From Octopus sinensis (lineage: Eukaryota), in assembly GCF_006345805.1 (NCBI RefSeq), contig NC_042998.1, positions 178,312,001-178,376,000 on the forward strand: 64,000 nt of DNA, given 5' to 3'. Made by a program: the position numbers and the translations under genes. Below, piece by piece: positions 38,930-52,479 of this stretch. Position 1 is the stretch's first letter. Each line of letters begins with the position of its first letter. A model generated the notes under the pieces. It was given only the letters and a program-made list of their open reading frames with translations. It was not told the DNA's origin and did not search any database.

Positions 38930-39137
38930 CATCATCATCATCGATTAACGTCCGTTCTCCATGCTAGCATGGGTTGGACGGTTCGACCGGGGATATGGGA
39001 AGCCAGAAGGCTGCACCAGGCTCCGGTCTTATCTGGCAATGTTTCTACAGCTGGATGCCCTTCCTAACGCCAACCACTCCGGGAGTGTAGTGGGTGCTTT
39101 TTATGTGCCACTACACTCCTGGAGTGGTTGGCGTTAG
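38930..39137 (-). mobile_element. RTE-tail element ending in a 30-bp foldback
   Basis: (CAT)n TTAACGTCCGTT.TCCATGCTAGCATGGGTTGGACGG as at 47287. 39064-39093 is inverted at 39108-39137. Confidence 0.85.
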
Positions 39138-40461
39138 ATACAAATATATATATGTATCATAACGGTCATAGAGTTATTGTCATCTAGAGCAAATTGTGTC
39201 AAACAAGTATAAGAAGTAGGGTATAAAGTAGTGAAACCTGGGCAATAATTGTGAAAGCTCTGCAAAAGCTGAAGGAGCTGAATATGGTCTATTAGAATTT
39301 TTAAGAGTTCACAAAGCAAGTGACAGTGCAAAAGGCAAAATATATGGGATATCAAACATTAAACTGAAAGATCTGAATTTCAGTGCTACACTTGCTCTTT
39401 GGTCAAGACACTTCAAATAGCATAGTTCACTGTTATAAGTTGTAGTAATACTTTAAGATATTAGATTGTTCAATTCCTCTCATTAAGAAAAGCTATCTTT
39501 AATCCATTAAACACTCCTACAACTAGTGTTGTGTGCTGCGCTTAGAGTCTGCTGTCACCAGAAATCACTAGTACAAGAGGGGAAATATAGAAAAAGCAGC
39601 TAGGTTTCAAAGACATTAGACAGTGTGTGGTGTTGTTGCCTTAACCCAAATCAGTTCAAAGGTATTCTAAACATAGTTAACTCATCTTTTTTCAGATATT
39701 GTAGGACAACTTTATCCAATATGCCCTTCTATTCTTTAATATGCTTGGGCATGATTAGAAGGCAATATGGCTGGTATTTTACCTACTGGGATAATTAGAA
39801 TGAAAATGCTGGGAATTAACAGTAGATGGTACAGGTAGAATGAGAAAGACTTAAGAAGCTTACTTCCCAACTACACGGTTCAGGGTTCAGTTCCACTGCA
39901 TGGCACCTTAGCCAAGTGTCTTTGGGCTAACCAAAGCCTTGTGAGTGGATTTGGTTGATGAAAACTGAAAGAATCTCGTCGTATATATATGTATATATAT
40001 ATATATATACATTAAGTTTAACTCTGTGTGTGTAAGAACTTTTATCTGTACAGATGAACCTACAGCTCATTAACAAAAAATGAAGATATGCTACATTGCA
40101 TATGCAGCTCATGTTTGTATGCAAAAGTAAAAAAAAAAAATACATATAATGATGCAACTGTTATGCCTTTCTTAAGGTTTTAACCTTCAACTACAAAGCA
40201 AAACTAAGTTAAAGACATGCTCCAGAAAAAACGTAATACTTCAATTCTAGGCCTATCAGACAGACAGAAAATGGAGATTCAGGTCAATGAATAAAAGAAA
40301 TCCATTGTTAACATCTTAAATTTAGATATTCACATGAACTAGATATGTTGACAATAATTCAACTGTGACGAATATAACTTATCTACCTAATAAAGCCAAC
40401 TGAGTCAAGACCAAATAATGACTCTTCTCAGACTTCAATACACACACACACACATATATGT

Positions 40462-40763
40462 GGAGGCGCAATGGCCCAGTGGTTAGGGCAGTGGACTTGC
40501 GGTTGTAGAATCGTGGTTTTGATTCCCAGACCGGGCGTTGTGAGTGTTTATTGAGCGAAAACACCTAAAGCTCCACGAGGCTCCGGCAGGGGGTGGTGGC
40601 GATCCCTGCTGTACTCTTTCGCCACAACTCTCTCTCACTCTTTCTTCTGTTGGCCTGCTCATTTAGCCAGCAGGGTGGCGTCATTTGAAGGCTAAAACAA
40701 TGCAAAGCGCATTGTGACCAGTGGTGTGTAGCAACATCTGATAGCCTGGTCGATCACGGTGAT
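40462..40763 (+). mobile_element. SINE with family C head/body but a different 3' tail
   Basis: Matches 5153-5345, then diverges to GGCCTGCTC..GGCTAAAACAATGCAAAGCGCATTGTGACC..GGTCGATCACGGTGAT. Confidence 0.85.
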
Positions 40764-41069
40764 ATATATATATAGTGGCTTCTATTCTTATGGCATCAAA
40801 GCACCACTGAACAAAAAGAAAGAAAGATGGAAAGAGAAAAAATTGAAAGTTAGGAATAGGAAAGATATTTGCTACTAAACTGTGTCGGAGTGATTCAAAC
40901 TGCCACTGAGATGGTCTTCTAGGTCCTAGTGTTGAAAGTAATGTTATTGATGCCAATGAGACCGGGACCCAGTATTTTAATCATTTATTGTCAAAACAAC
41001 CAGCAGAAATGAAAATTAATCAAATTAACATCTGATGAATTCAAATAACTATTTTGTTTACCAACTTAC

Positions 41070-41166
41070 CTGTGAGGGGTAATGAGGGGTAATCTGTTGA
41101 AGCGCCGTTACCATAATAGAGGGTTTTACAAAGTTGCTCCGTGAGTTCAATATGTTCAGCAGAACG
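41070..41166 (-). CDS. CNPPD1: CNPPD1 exon 2 (RSAEHIELTEQLCKTLYYGNGASTDYPSLPLT)
   Basis: CAG acceptor and GTAAGT donor, 97 nt. H..L.....LYYG motif of the CNPPD1 N-terminus. Confidence 0.9.
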
Positions 41167-42891
41167 CTGAAAGATAAAACATGACACAATTAATTTTGTT
41201 TCTCCAATAAAGACTTATGGGAAGTTGTGGAACACATACCCTCCCACGAAAATCTAAAAGCTGCAAGAAATCAACATTAACTTTTCCATGCTTACATGGG
41301 TCGATTAGAATTTATTCAAGCAGCTTTCCCAGGTGGAATATCTCTCCTGTCACCAGCCCCCACAAGTTTCCAAACAAAGTATTATATCCCCTAAGTTAGA
41401 CATGCTTTTCACAGAATACTGCAAACTAACAACACACACCCATATAATATGTGTTTCCATCTATCAAATACACTCACAAGATTTTGGCTGGCACAGAACT
41501 ATAATAGAAGAAACTTTCCAAAGTGCTGTGGAGTGAGATCGAATCCGGAACTACAAGACTGGGATGCAAGCTTCTCAACAACATAGCCATGCTTGTGCCC
41601 AAGAAATGGCTTTCAAAACCTATTCGCGCCCCACCTTAAAGTGATATGACTAATAACCTTATTTATTCGTATTAACACAATAGAGCCGAGTGGAGTGGAG
41701 TGGAGTGGAGCAAAGCATGACAAAAGAAGACATACAAACAACCACTGAGAAATAACTATATCGCTAACATATGTGAGATTAAACCTGAGAAACACTGCTG
41801 TTTTTAACAATCAGCACTGACGAAACCATAGAGATTCTCTTTAAACATATGGACCTTAGAATGAATTATAAAGCACAATAAATAAACTGTCTTGAATTAA
41901 TCTGTGACAGTCGGAGAATGACTAATATATATTGTATGCATGTACATGCTGTTTTCGAGAACTGGTTTTTCCTATTTAATTTTGGCTTTAATGTTATATT
42001 ATTTATAACTTAATTTGCCACACGTGTTATATTTTCAGTAGTATTAGTTACTATTATATTACGATATATAATCGATGTTTAAACAAACATTTGTGATATT
42101 TTGTGAAACGCCATTCACGAAAACTATTAGGAAACGATTTTTTTTTATCATTAACAACGCAGTTTCACAAACAGCATTTCAAAAATACATGACTGTCAAT
42201 CCTCTTTAATATAATTACATTTTATATACTTCGTCGGAGATACTTTGCCTAATTGTTATCGCTATGAACGTCCTGGTTTCAACTTGAATAACTGACACGG
42301 ATATTATAACTTTGGTGATAAGCAACAGCTGTCATTTGCGCTCAGTGCTTCAAATATAACTACATTTTGAAAATGATACAAATATATACATTCGTAAAAG
42401 TTTTCTACAAAGAAAAGTGGGATTGAATCTCATGTATTGACATATCCAGATCGTTCGTCTTCTAAATTATAACATAGCATGTTTTAAATATCTTATTTGA
42501 TCTAAACGTTGCGATTAGGGTGTGGGCATATCTTTTTTTTTCCAAGTTTAATCAGTTCTTCGTAAGCTTAGTTAAATATATACCAAGAGGTAACACGATA
42601 AAGTACGAAGATCACTTTTACGAGAGAGGAACAAATGAAGATGTCCCCGCGTATTATTAGTACTTTTTATACTGATAGAAAAGTAAAAGTTTAGATAGAT
42701 ATGATTTGAACTCAGAAAAACCAATGCTAACATATTATAAAGCATTTGAAGGAGACAGACAAATTTGGCATGATTTTCACATTCTTGAAAGGGCGGGGGT
42801 GCATTTCCTAATCTGGAAGAAGCAAAGTATCTACCGAGTTTTTTGCAAACCTGCTTTCGTCAGAAACTGGAAACTATTGTGAATCCTTCGA

Positions 42892-43296
42892 TAACATAAT
42901 GTAACCAATCTACTCACTTTTCTACAAAGATTTCTTTCGGAGTAATTTCCCGCAGTGATATAACAAAGTAATTCATGTGAATTAGACAAAACAACCGTTC
43001 GTTTTCACTTTTAGACAGCGGGTTGGCGGGGAGGGGAGGGGTTAATTTGGGTTCGGTGTTTTTCATTAAAAAATTGGAAATTAAAAATTGAATTTGTTTA
43101 TTTTTTTCCACATTCTTAATCTCCGTATTTCCCCAAGTAGATTGATTGAAAACAAAATTCGAAAAAAAGTTTTAAATAAAGTTTTTTTTAAAAAAACACT
43201 TTAATTTCACATCAATTACTTTGTCATATTTATTGCAGGAAATTACTCTGAAAGAAATCTTTGCAGAAAGGTGAGTAGGTTGATTACATTATGTTA
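42892..43296. mobile_element. MITE with ~90-bp TIRs in CNPPD1 intron 1
   Basis: TAACATAATGTAACCAATCTACTCACTTTTCTACAAAGATTTCTTTC mirrored at the right end (..GAAAGAAATCTTTGCAGAAAGGTGAGTAGGTTGATTACATTATGTTA). Confidence 0.8.
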
Positions 43297-44680
43297 ATGC
43301 AGTTTTGTGAAATTTGGCTGTTATTTCTAGCATGTGGGTAGCCTGCTTGAAGGCCAGGGGGTTGTTTTTAGAATCGTAATCTTCGTACTTTTCTGCGTAT
43401 TTCGCAAAAAAAAAAAAAAGAAAAAAAAAATTACGGAAAAAATGAAAAATGATGGGCGATGGAGGTTTGAAGCGGGACTGAAATTTTGAAAATGCGATTT
43501 GTATATATATATGTCCATTTTACCGAAAGTTATGACGGAAAAATCGTATCTTGTGAATTTTCCGAAAGTCCTCTGCCCACACACCAGGTTCGTTTGCGCA
43601 ATTATTTTTTGTCATATTCGTTTTCTACACAGTTGTTAACACCTAGCAGGCTGGCTTTTTTTTTTTCTAGTTAACGGGTGAAGATCTTTATATTAACCAA
43701 GTTCTTTAAGGTAGTTAGTTGTTCAGTTGTTCTTGAACTCTTGATCGGACCAACAATAAATAAAAAGCCTTTCCGGCTGTAAACATCGAAATATTTTTTT
43801 ACACTGTCTAACATCCTTTTTTTTTTTTATTTAAAACGACAAGTTGTAAAATTAGATATTTGACTGCTATTTCAGACAGGTTGAGCTAACCAGATTCTAG
43901 ACCCCTTCATTAGCTCGATATTTAATATGTACAAGCTTCTTGTTGGGATGTACGATGTATTAATGATAGTTTTCTTAAAAGGAAACTATCACTTCTTACA
44001 TAGAAGAAATTCGAGTCGGTTTATGAAAAAGTGGAACGGAAAAGCATCTCGAATTCTGTTAGCACATATGCTACTTCGAAAAAATGTAAACAAGAAATAC
44101 TTTAAGCATGAAACTAAGGATGTTGAAAATAGGAAGGGCGAAATGGAAACGAGTCGTATCTTTAACGACAGTATGGGTGAGGCTTTCTTTCGGATGCAAC
44201 AAAAAAAAAAAAAGGAATATAATGCAATACAAGAATTGCGCTCTACTGTGTTATACCGGTTCTGTATAAGTGCGCGCGTGCCCCTATAGTAATGTGAGCA
44301 CATCTATTGTGTACTTATATGAAATATCGAGTACTGCGCATGTAGGTGAAAGGTGAACAAAACAAAGATAAAAAATTGTGCTTTATACAGCTAGATAGGT
44401 AAACCAGAAGAATGGAGATAGTTGTGATGACGGGCGGGCGGGGGGTACTGTTGATAAGGATTCCTTCAGCAGATTATCAGTTAAATATAAAAATAAATAA
44501 TAAAGATAAAAATAAACTTGAACTTTATATATGATACAATAAAGGAAGCCATACGCTGATAATTCCAGTATTATTATTCTTTTACTTATTGCAATAAATG
44601 AACTGGGGGGTCACGCTGGGACATAGGGCATCATCTTAAAATTATATCGGGTTTAAAAATATATGCAGCATTTTACTTAC

Positions 44681-44749
44681 TTCACAATCCAAGTAATTAT
44701 GAGGTGAACGACGCATGGTGCTTTCTTCGGGCGGCGATGATGAAAACAT
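44681..44749 (-). CDS. CNPPD1: CNPPD1 coding exon 1 (MFSSSPPEESTMRRSPHNYLDCE)
   Basis: ATG at 44749 with an in-frame TAA upstream. 69 nt followed by a GTAAGT donor; phase 0 matches exon 2. Sequence is poorly conserved, so assignment rests on splice signal and phase. Confidence 0.7.
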
Positions 44750-45060
44750 CGTCACTGCAATCTCCGAGACAGGATGTAATTTAGTCTTGATTTAAACAGA
44801 TGTAGAAATATTCTTCGCAAAAGAACCCCAAATGGCACTAAAATATGTCCTCTTGGTAACGGAAGACACCCATCCACAAAAGAGAATATGTGAGTGGAAA
44901 GGATGATGGCTTGCTTTCCTTGGCAGGGTGACTAAGAATTAAGTTAAGCGGTTAAAGAGTTGAACCGCCAAACTATATAATTGCTGTCAGGAATGTAGCA
45001 ATTTGAACAATCACTCACGCAGGCGGCCTCTCTCTCTCACTCACTCCTCAACACAAGCTC
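44750..45060. promoter_or_regulatory. Probable CNPPD1 5'UTR/promoter, possibly bidirectional
   Basis: Immediately upstream of the start codon, repeat-free. Followed on the + strand by a pyrimidine-rich UTR-like stretch. Positional inference only. Confidence 0.35.
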
Positions 45061-46093
45061 CACTCTTCGTAGTTTTGTTGCAGTTATCTCCCCCTGTTAC
45101 CTTTATCTCTTTATTTCCGGATTTATTTTTTGCGACATTCTCTTTATCAATATCTTCTTTTGTATCATATATACGCGCCTCTTTTAATATTCTCACTTCT
45201 TTTTCTAAATCAAACCATTTTCCTTCTTCTTTACAAATTTCCACCTTCGTCTTTGTATTTGATTTGCAAGATTCTTGATTTGAATTCTTGTTGAAATGAC
45301 CTCCCAAGACGACAACAATTCTATTTGTCTTTTATTTTTTTCTAAGTTTCTTATCACTATCCTTTTCCCGCGTATTGTTTCCCGTTTATTTTCGATTCTT
45401 TAATAAACTTCCCTTGATGTCTCTTTATTTCTTAATAGTAATTCTCAATCTCACTTTTCTCTTATTTTACCTCTCATTTTTCTTTCTCAAAGCACTATCT
45501 TTTCTCTTTATGTTCTTTTTATTTCCCACACTAGAGAATTTCTAGTCTTTCTCCTAGTTAATTATACAAGTAACATTATCTATCTTTGAGTCTCTCAAAT
45601 TTACCGTCATTTCACATATCTCTCTCTCTCTCTCTCTTTCTCTACTTAGCAAGAGACATCTCCAGAACCAGTGACAAGATGTCATTCTTCTTTCCATTAT
45701 CTCGACTATTTTTTTATTCATCATAGCTGACTGGCCAAATTGCTTAGCAACGTGACTCACTGCACGATATTTATTTTAATAAGTTGATAATAGTATTTAT
45801 ATTTAGAGCAAATGCAACAGCACAAAAGTACAGATGAATAGTAATTCATAGCATTTATTATTACCCTAATTTTATGAATATCTCACTAATTAAAAGATTA
45901 ATTTATTTTCTTGCCCTTCAGTTATCATCACCTCATCCCTTTTGCATCACATTTTCAAGAGGAAATTAGATGCTTCTCTTTTTAACTCGTTTGTTTGCTT
46001 ATAATTGCTTGAGCATTTGTTATCTCATAAATTACAGGAGCTAACTAAAATATATATATATATATTTAAGAAAGTTTACTCTTATACCATAAG

Positions 46094-46198
<105 letters not shown>

Positions 46199-46966
46199 TA
46201 TATATACTAACAATATATAAATAAATAAAATATATACATACATATATGTACATACTTACATCTACATGTATATGTACATGCATATATATATATGAGTACA
46301 GGACACCACAAATAAACGTAGAACACAACGAGAAACGAAAACATAAAATCAAACAGGGAAACGGACTTTTTTAACAACGAAAAAACAAGGAAACGGACTT
46401 TTTTTAAACAACGAAAAAACAGAGTACCGGACAAACAATACATGGAAAATTCCCCTTCATCAGCTGCCCCTGGTTCGACTCAATGCATGTTTCGAAGTTA
46501 AGGGCAGAACACGGCCAGGCCGAAGCAATCCTTCCTGCAAAAGGAATTAAGTAAAATTCTTTTGCAGAGGGGTAAAACAAGTGACAAGAACAGGACGTAA
46601 AAGCAATACAAATGAAGAAAAAACAGTACAAATAAAGAATAACAGGACAGGGAATCAACAATAAGGGGGTTTTTTTAGGTCTAGACGGTGGAAAAATTAG
46701 TTAGAACGCATGTGAAAAATCGGCTTTTCCCTGTCTTTTGCAAGCCGAAATTTGATAGGAAGTGGTACCCAATGTAGAAACTAACATAATAAACCAAAAA
46801 GAGAAGTAGTAATTTCAAAATTAAAATATGGCTTAAGATGAGATGGCAAAGGATCAAACTAAACAGAAAGATGTTGTAGAGTAAATATATATATATTGTG
46901 TGAGGGATGGTTAGGTAGGAGGGATCCGAAAGGGGTCTCAGGGAGTAGCATCCCTGCCTTCCTGAG

Positions 46967-47007
<41 letters not shown>

Positions 47008-47226
47008 AGAAGAAAATGGAGGAAAAATAACAGGAAGAAGTTAGTCGTTTGGGCTAGTAAGCTATTAATTTAATTAATTGATAAAGAAAAGTGGTAGTAA
47101 TAGTACATTTATGAACGTTTCTGTTTACCAGTTGTAGTTGCAGCTAATAACAGGAGCACCTTTAGATTTAACCATCCTTTAGAGGTTTTAAACACCTCTA
47201 ACTTATACCTATATATTATATATATG

Positions 47227-47266
<40 letters not shown>

Positions 47267-47286
47267 TATATATATATACATATATT

Positions 47287-49086
47287 ATCATCATTTAACG
47301 TCCGTTTTCCATGCTAGCATGGGTTGGACGGTTTAACCGGGGTCTGTGAAGCCAGGAGGCTGCACCAGGCTCCAGTCTGATCTGGCAGTGTTTCTACACC
47401 TGGATGCCCTTCCTAAGGCCAACCACTCCGCGAGTGTAGTGGGTGCTTTTTACATGCCACTCGCACAGGTGCCAGGGAAGGCTGGCAATGGCCACGATCG
47501 GTTGGTGCTTTTTATGTGCCACCGGCACAGGTATCACAACTACAATTTATTTTAATGTTGATGTACTTGACTCAATAGGTCTCCTCATGCACAGTAGGTC
47601 ACTCTACGATCCAAGGTAAGTCCAGCAGGCCATCCTGCGATCCAAGGTACTTTGGATGGGCTGGGGCTGCTATGTGAAGCTGGTGCAGGAAAAAACCATG
47701 AACTGACGTTGTCGGGTCTTCGCAGTCACAGCATATCTCCAGAGGTCACGGTCTTTCGTCATTGCCTCTGTGAGGCCCAACATTCAAAGGTCATGCTTGA
47801 CCACCTCATCCCATGTCTTCCTGGGTCTACCTCTACCCTAGATTCCTTCAACTGTTTGAGAGTGGCACTTCTTCACACATCTCTCCTCATCCATTCATAG
47901 TACATGACCATACCAGCGCAAACGTCTCTCTTGCACGCCACATCCGATGCTTCTTATATCCAGCATTTCTCTCAGAGCCCTTACACTCTGTCGTGTGTGC
48001 ACACTGACATTACACATCCATCGGATCATGCGAGCTTCATTTCTTTCAAGCCTACGCATGTCCTCTGCAGTCACAGCCCATGTTTCACTGCCATGTAGCA
48101 TAGCAGTTCGCACACATGCATCGTACAATCTACCTTTCACTCTGAGCGAGAGGCCCTTTGTCACCAGAAGGAGTAGAAGCTTTCTAAACTTTGCCCAGGC
48201 TATTCTTATTCTAGTGGTGACACTCTCTGAGCATCCACCTCCACTACTAACTTAGTCACCTAGGTAGCGGAAACTATCAACTACTTCTAGTTTCTCCCCC
48301 TGGAGTGTGATGGAATCTGTTTTCTGAGTATCTGAGGTATCTATTGCCCCTGTGCATTTGCCGCACATGAAAGCTATCTTCTTGGTTAGTTTTCCTTTGA
48401 TGTTGCTGCACCTCTTATGCATCCATAGCTTACACTGGGTACATCTTATGGAGTTTCTACCTACACCTTTTCTACAGATTGAGCAGGACCACCTACATGA
48501 GGAGCTGTGTGATGAGTTCGCCTTCCTACTTACTATAACTTTGGTCTTTGCTTCATTGACTCTAAGGCCTTTTGATTCTAAATTTAGCTTTCATACCCAA
48601 AATTTCTTTTCTAGTTCCGGTGGTGATTCTGCTATGAAGGCCAGGTCATCAGCATAGAGGTGCTCCCAGGGGCAACCTGCCTTGAATTCCTCTGTTATTG
48701 CCTGGAGGACTATGATGAATAAAAAGGGACTGAGAGCTGAACCTTGCTGGACCCCTACTTCTACCCGGAATTCTTCACTATATTCATTGCCAATCCTAAC
48801 CTTACAGCCTCTTTGTATAAGGCCTGTACAGCCCTTGTTAACCATTCGTCAATCTCCAGTTCCACATCACCCACCAGATAGGGGATCAGGGGACCCTGTC
48901 AAAGGCTTTCTCCAAGTCCACAAAAGCTAAGTAGAGGGGTTTATCTTTGGCTAGATATTTCTCTCGCAGTTGTTGAACCAGGAATATGGCATCAGTGGTG
49001 CTTCTACCTGGCACAAAACCGAACTGCATCTCATCTAAGCAGACTCTCTCCCTAATGAGATGGGCTATGACCCTCTCTGTGACCTT
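47287..49086 (-). mobile_element. 5'-truncated RTE-clade LINE (reverse transcriptase pseudogene plus 3' tail)
   Basis: EEFRVEVGVQQGSALSPFLF..LYADDL RT motifs; Cys-rich CSICRKGVGRNSIRCTQCKLWMHKRCS insert; KGRLYDACVRTAMLHGSETW and RRLRWYGHVL; (GAT)n tail; stops and frameshifts. Confidence 0.93.
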
Positions 49087-49901
49087 CTAGTCAAAGGAGA
49101 AACAGGTAACACCATGATTTTCTCTAAACCAGTCATATGCAAACTACAGCCCATGGGACTTTTTCAATGCCTACCTAATGAAAAATTACCTTGAATTTTT
49201 TTAATAGGGTTGCCTGTCTGTTGATAAGCTATGTCTCATTCAGCTTACTTTGTAAAAAAGGTTGCCCAGCAGGTGGTGGCATAATATTAAGTCTGCAGGG
49301 ACCTAGTTCTATAAAGTTTAAAACTGCAGAATGCTGAAATCTTAGCAAAACCCAGCCAATGGTTTTGACAAAAGAGCAATGCTAAATAGAATAATTAAAT
49401 ATATATTTTTCTATTTCAAGAAAGAGATTTAATCAAATGGCTTTGAAATTGGTATCAGCTAAAATGTTAATTAATTTGTTAGAGTGCACTACTGCTATTT
49501 TTCTTTCTGCTTTTTATATCAGTGTTTCTATGGTTGCAAAGAATTTTTATTTACTTATTTTTGACTAGTATATTTTTACATCAAGACAGCATTCTCTTCT
49601 CTAACCACTCAACCTGAAATAAGCATATAAGCTTTCTTGACAGTCTAACTGGAGTTAGCAGAGTTATGTACCTTGTCCAAGAACATAATAGTTTCAAATT
49701 TGTGCACAAGACCAGCAATTTTAGGAAGAGGGGATTAATTGATTGCACAACCAGTATTTGACTGGTAATTTGAACTCAGAACATAAAGAGCCATCAGGAA
49801 TATAATATCTTTGAATGATCTGAATTTTAATTGTGAATATATTGGCTATATGGTTAAATTCCTTGCTTTGCAAGGGGTTCAGTCTCACTGAACAGTACCT
49901 T

Positions 49902-50117
49902 GGCGGCAAGCTGGCAGAAACGTTAGCACGTCAGGCGAAATGCTTAGCGGTATTTTGTCTGCCGTTACGTTCTGAGTTCAAATTCTGCCAAGGTTGACTT
50001 TGGGTCGATTAAATAAGTACCAATTACGTACTGGGGTCGATGTAATCGACTTAATCCGTTTGTCTGTCCTTGTTTGTCCCCTCTGTGTTTGGCCCCTTGT
50101 GGGCAGTAAAGAAATAG
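49902..50117 (+). mobile_element. SINE family B inserted in an old family A SINE
   Basis: TSD GTACCTT at 49895-49901 and 50118-50124; host resumes GGACAAGTGTTTTCT. Confidence 0.85.
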
Positions 50118-50499
50118 GTACCTTGGACAAGTGTTTTCTCTATTGCTCCAGCCCAACCAATGCGTTGTGAATGAATTCAGTAGATAAAAACTGCAGAAGT
50201 CCATCGTGTGTATGTGTGTGAGTTTGCACTTACTCCACCCCACCTCTACTGCTTCACAACTAGTGTTGGTTTGTTTATGTTCCCATAAGAGTGGTTTGGC
50301 AAGATAAAACCAACAGAATAAGTACCAGGCTTAAATAAGTACTGGAGTTGAATTGTTCAACTAATCCTTCAAAGTGGTGTCCCAGCATCGCTGCAGTCCA
50401 GTGACTGAAACAAGTAAAAGATGAAATGCTACTCTTGGGTGCCTTTGATATAGAGTCACTCTGTTGCAAATATTCAAGCCAGGTCTCTAGTTTAAGGTC

Positions 50500-50847
50500 A
50501 ATTGATTGCACAACCAGTATTTGACTGGTAATTTGAACTCAGAACATAAAGAGCCATCAGGAATATAATATCTTCGAATGATCTGAATTTTAATTGTGAA
50601 TATATTGGCTATATGGTTAAAGTCCTTGCTTTGCAAGGGGTTCAGTCTCACTGAACAGTACCTTGGCGGCAAGCTGGCAGAAACGTTAGCACGTCAGGCG
50701 AAATGCTTAGCAGTATTTCGTCTGCCGTTACATTCTGAGTTCAAATTCCGCCAAGGTTGACTTTGCCTTTCATCCTTTCGGGGTCAATTAAATAAGTACC
50801 AGTTACTTAGCAATAGAGAAAACACTTGTCCAAGGTACCTATTTCTT
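50500..50847 (+). repeat. Local duplication of 49737-50027 followed by a 39-bp inverted copy of 50109-50147
   Basis: Direct sequence comparison; duplicate ORFs 49721-49909 and 50487-50672 in the track. Confidence 0.9.
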
Positions 50848-51054
50848 CTATTCCTTCAGTCAGTCTACGAGGCCTTGAAAAGGTTCCAGGTACTGTCTTT
50901 CTTTTGATTAAGTCTTTGAAAAAAAAAATATGGTCAGTTGACTAGCACTGCTGCATCACAGCCATTGCGATTTATGTAAGAATAAAAATGATTTCTAACA
51001 TTTTGAGGAAAGAGATAGTCGAACAGATTATGGCCAAGGTATTAAACACCCAAA

Positions 51055-51410
51055 GCTACTCTACAATATGTGTCCTCTTCTTGCTGCCCTACAATGAGCA
51101 CTCCCATTCTCCCAGCCTTATAATATGTGCTCCTTCTTCCAGCCCTGCAATGTGTGCTCTTTCTCCCAGCCCTACAATGAGCTCTTATTCTCAGTCCTAC
51201 AATATGTGCCCTCTTCTTGCCACCATACAATGTGCATCACCATCTGCCAGCCCTATAATGGGCATCCCCTTCTACCAACACTAAAATATGTGCCCCTGTC
51301 TCACTACCTTATAATTGCATACCCTTCACTCAGTTTCCCTGTGTGTGCTACTCCCAGCCATACAATGTATGACCCTTTTTCCCAGCCCTACATTTTGTAC
51401 CCCTTCTCAA
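51055..51410. repeat. Degenerate minisatellite, ~28-30-bp unit (CCTTCTCCCAGCCCTACAATGTGTG)
   Basis: About a dozen imperfect tandem units. Confidence 0.8.
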
Positions 51411-51601
51411 ATTTTTTACTACATTTTCTTCCAACCATCACTCTATTTTACTGCAGCTTAAAAATGAACCCCCAAAATTATAATTGACCTTTAATTACAA
51501 GAAATTTACATTTCTATGCTTATATGTATCACCAAGTAAATCTGTTATCAGGTAAAATTTTTAACATTTCTGGGGAAATTATTGACACCACATGGCCTTC
51601 C

Positions 51602-52479
51602 TGTCTACCTGACAATGAACTTTTGTGTGATATCTACCTCTGTCCAGAAATAATCTCATCTGCTATTCAACTAAACTTTTGGCTTCCATATTTTTATTTA
51701 GATCAAGAATTTTTATCTTAACTGTGCACCCAAGGTAATCACCTACTTTCTCTAGTGCGTAGTACCAGCCTTGACACCAACACTTGAGTAGTGCTTATTT
51801 TAGTAACACCAGATTCACACAATCAAAAGTAAAGCTATAAAAATTTGAAATACAATGTAAACAAAATATAACTAAATACTGTTAGGAAAATACACCTCAA
51901 AATAGTCACAACAACAGTGTTACATTGGTGAGTTTTAGGATTAACATATATCTATCTTCCTAACCAATAAATCTTGTTAACTCAGGGTCTATGTACTCTA
52001 TATGCTGAGGCTTGGTCTGTAAGTAAAAACATTTTTTCTGCCAAAATTTAAAGATATTACAAGTAGAGAGATGTTGGTTATTTTAATCCATCAATTTTGG
52101 AGAGTTATTAATGATTATAGCCCACCATCGTTAGTCTCTTTGACCAAGACCTTTATTTTACATGCCCAGATTTTGGATTGCATTCAATGAGAATCAACCA
52201 CCAAACCTTCACTTACAGACATTTATTGGTTACTTGACTTATCCATGTTCATATTATGTTCTCCAAATCTCTTTTTTTTTCACAACTACATTTTATAAAC
52301 CATATACTATCATTTTCATTTTATAAACCATAAACTATCCCTTCCTGAACTCACATGGCTCATTAATCCCTGCTCCCACCCCCAAAACCATGTCACACTT
52401 TTTTCTCTACATTAATCACTTTTTTGTAACCCTTTAGGTATATGAATTAATGTTTGACCATGTCACCTTAACTTCAAAA
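51602..52479 (+). repeat. Left arm of ~0.9 kb inverted duplication
   Basis: Reverse complement of 55609-56521 with scattered substitutions and one ~30-nt indel. Confidence 0.93.

Noticed and set aside
43927-44303. 120-aa and 104-aa overlapping ORFs in CNPPD1 intron 1
   Set aside because: AT-rich with a poly-A run, no motifs or splice support.
46445-46510. Minus-strand GAAAC...CTGATGA as a type II hammerhead
   Set aside because: Could not build convincing stems I and II around the core; CTGCCC/GGGCAG pairing gives a different fold.
51055-51410. Regularly spaced ~29-bp repeats resembling a CRISPR array or repeat protein
   Set aside because: Degenerate tandem units without unique spacers; eukaryotic context, no cas genes, no splice support.
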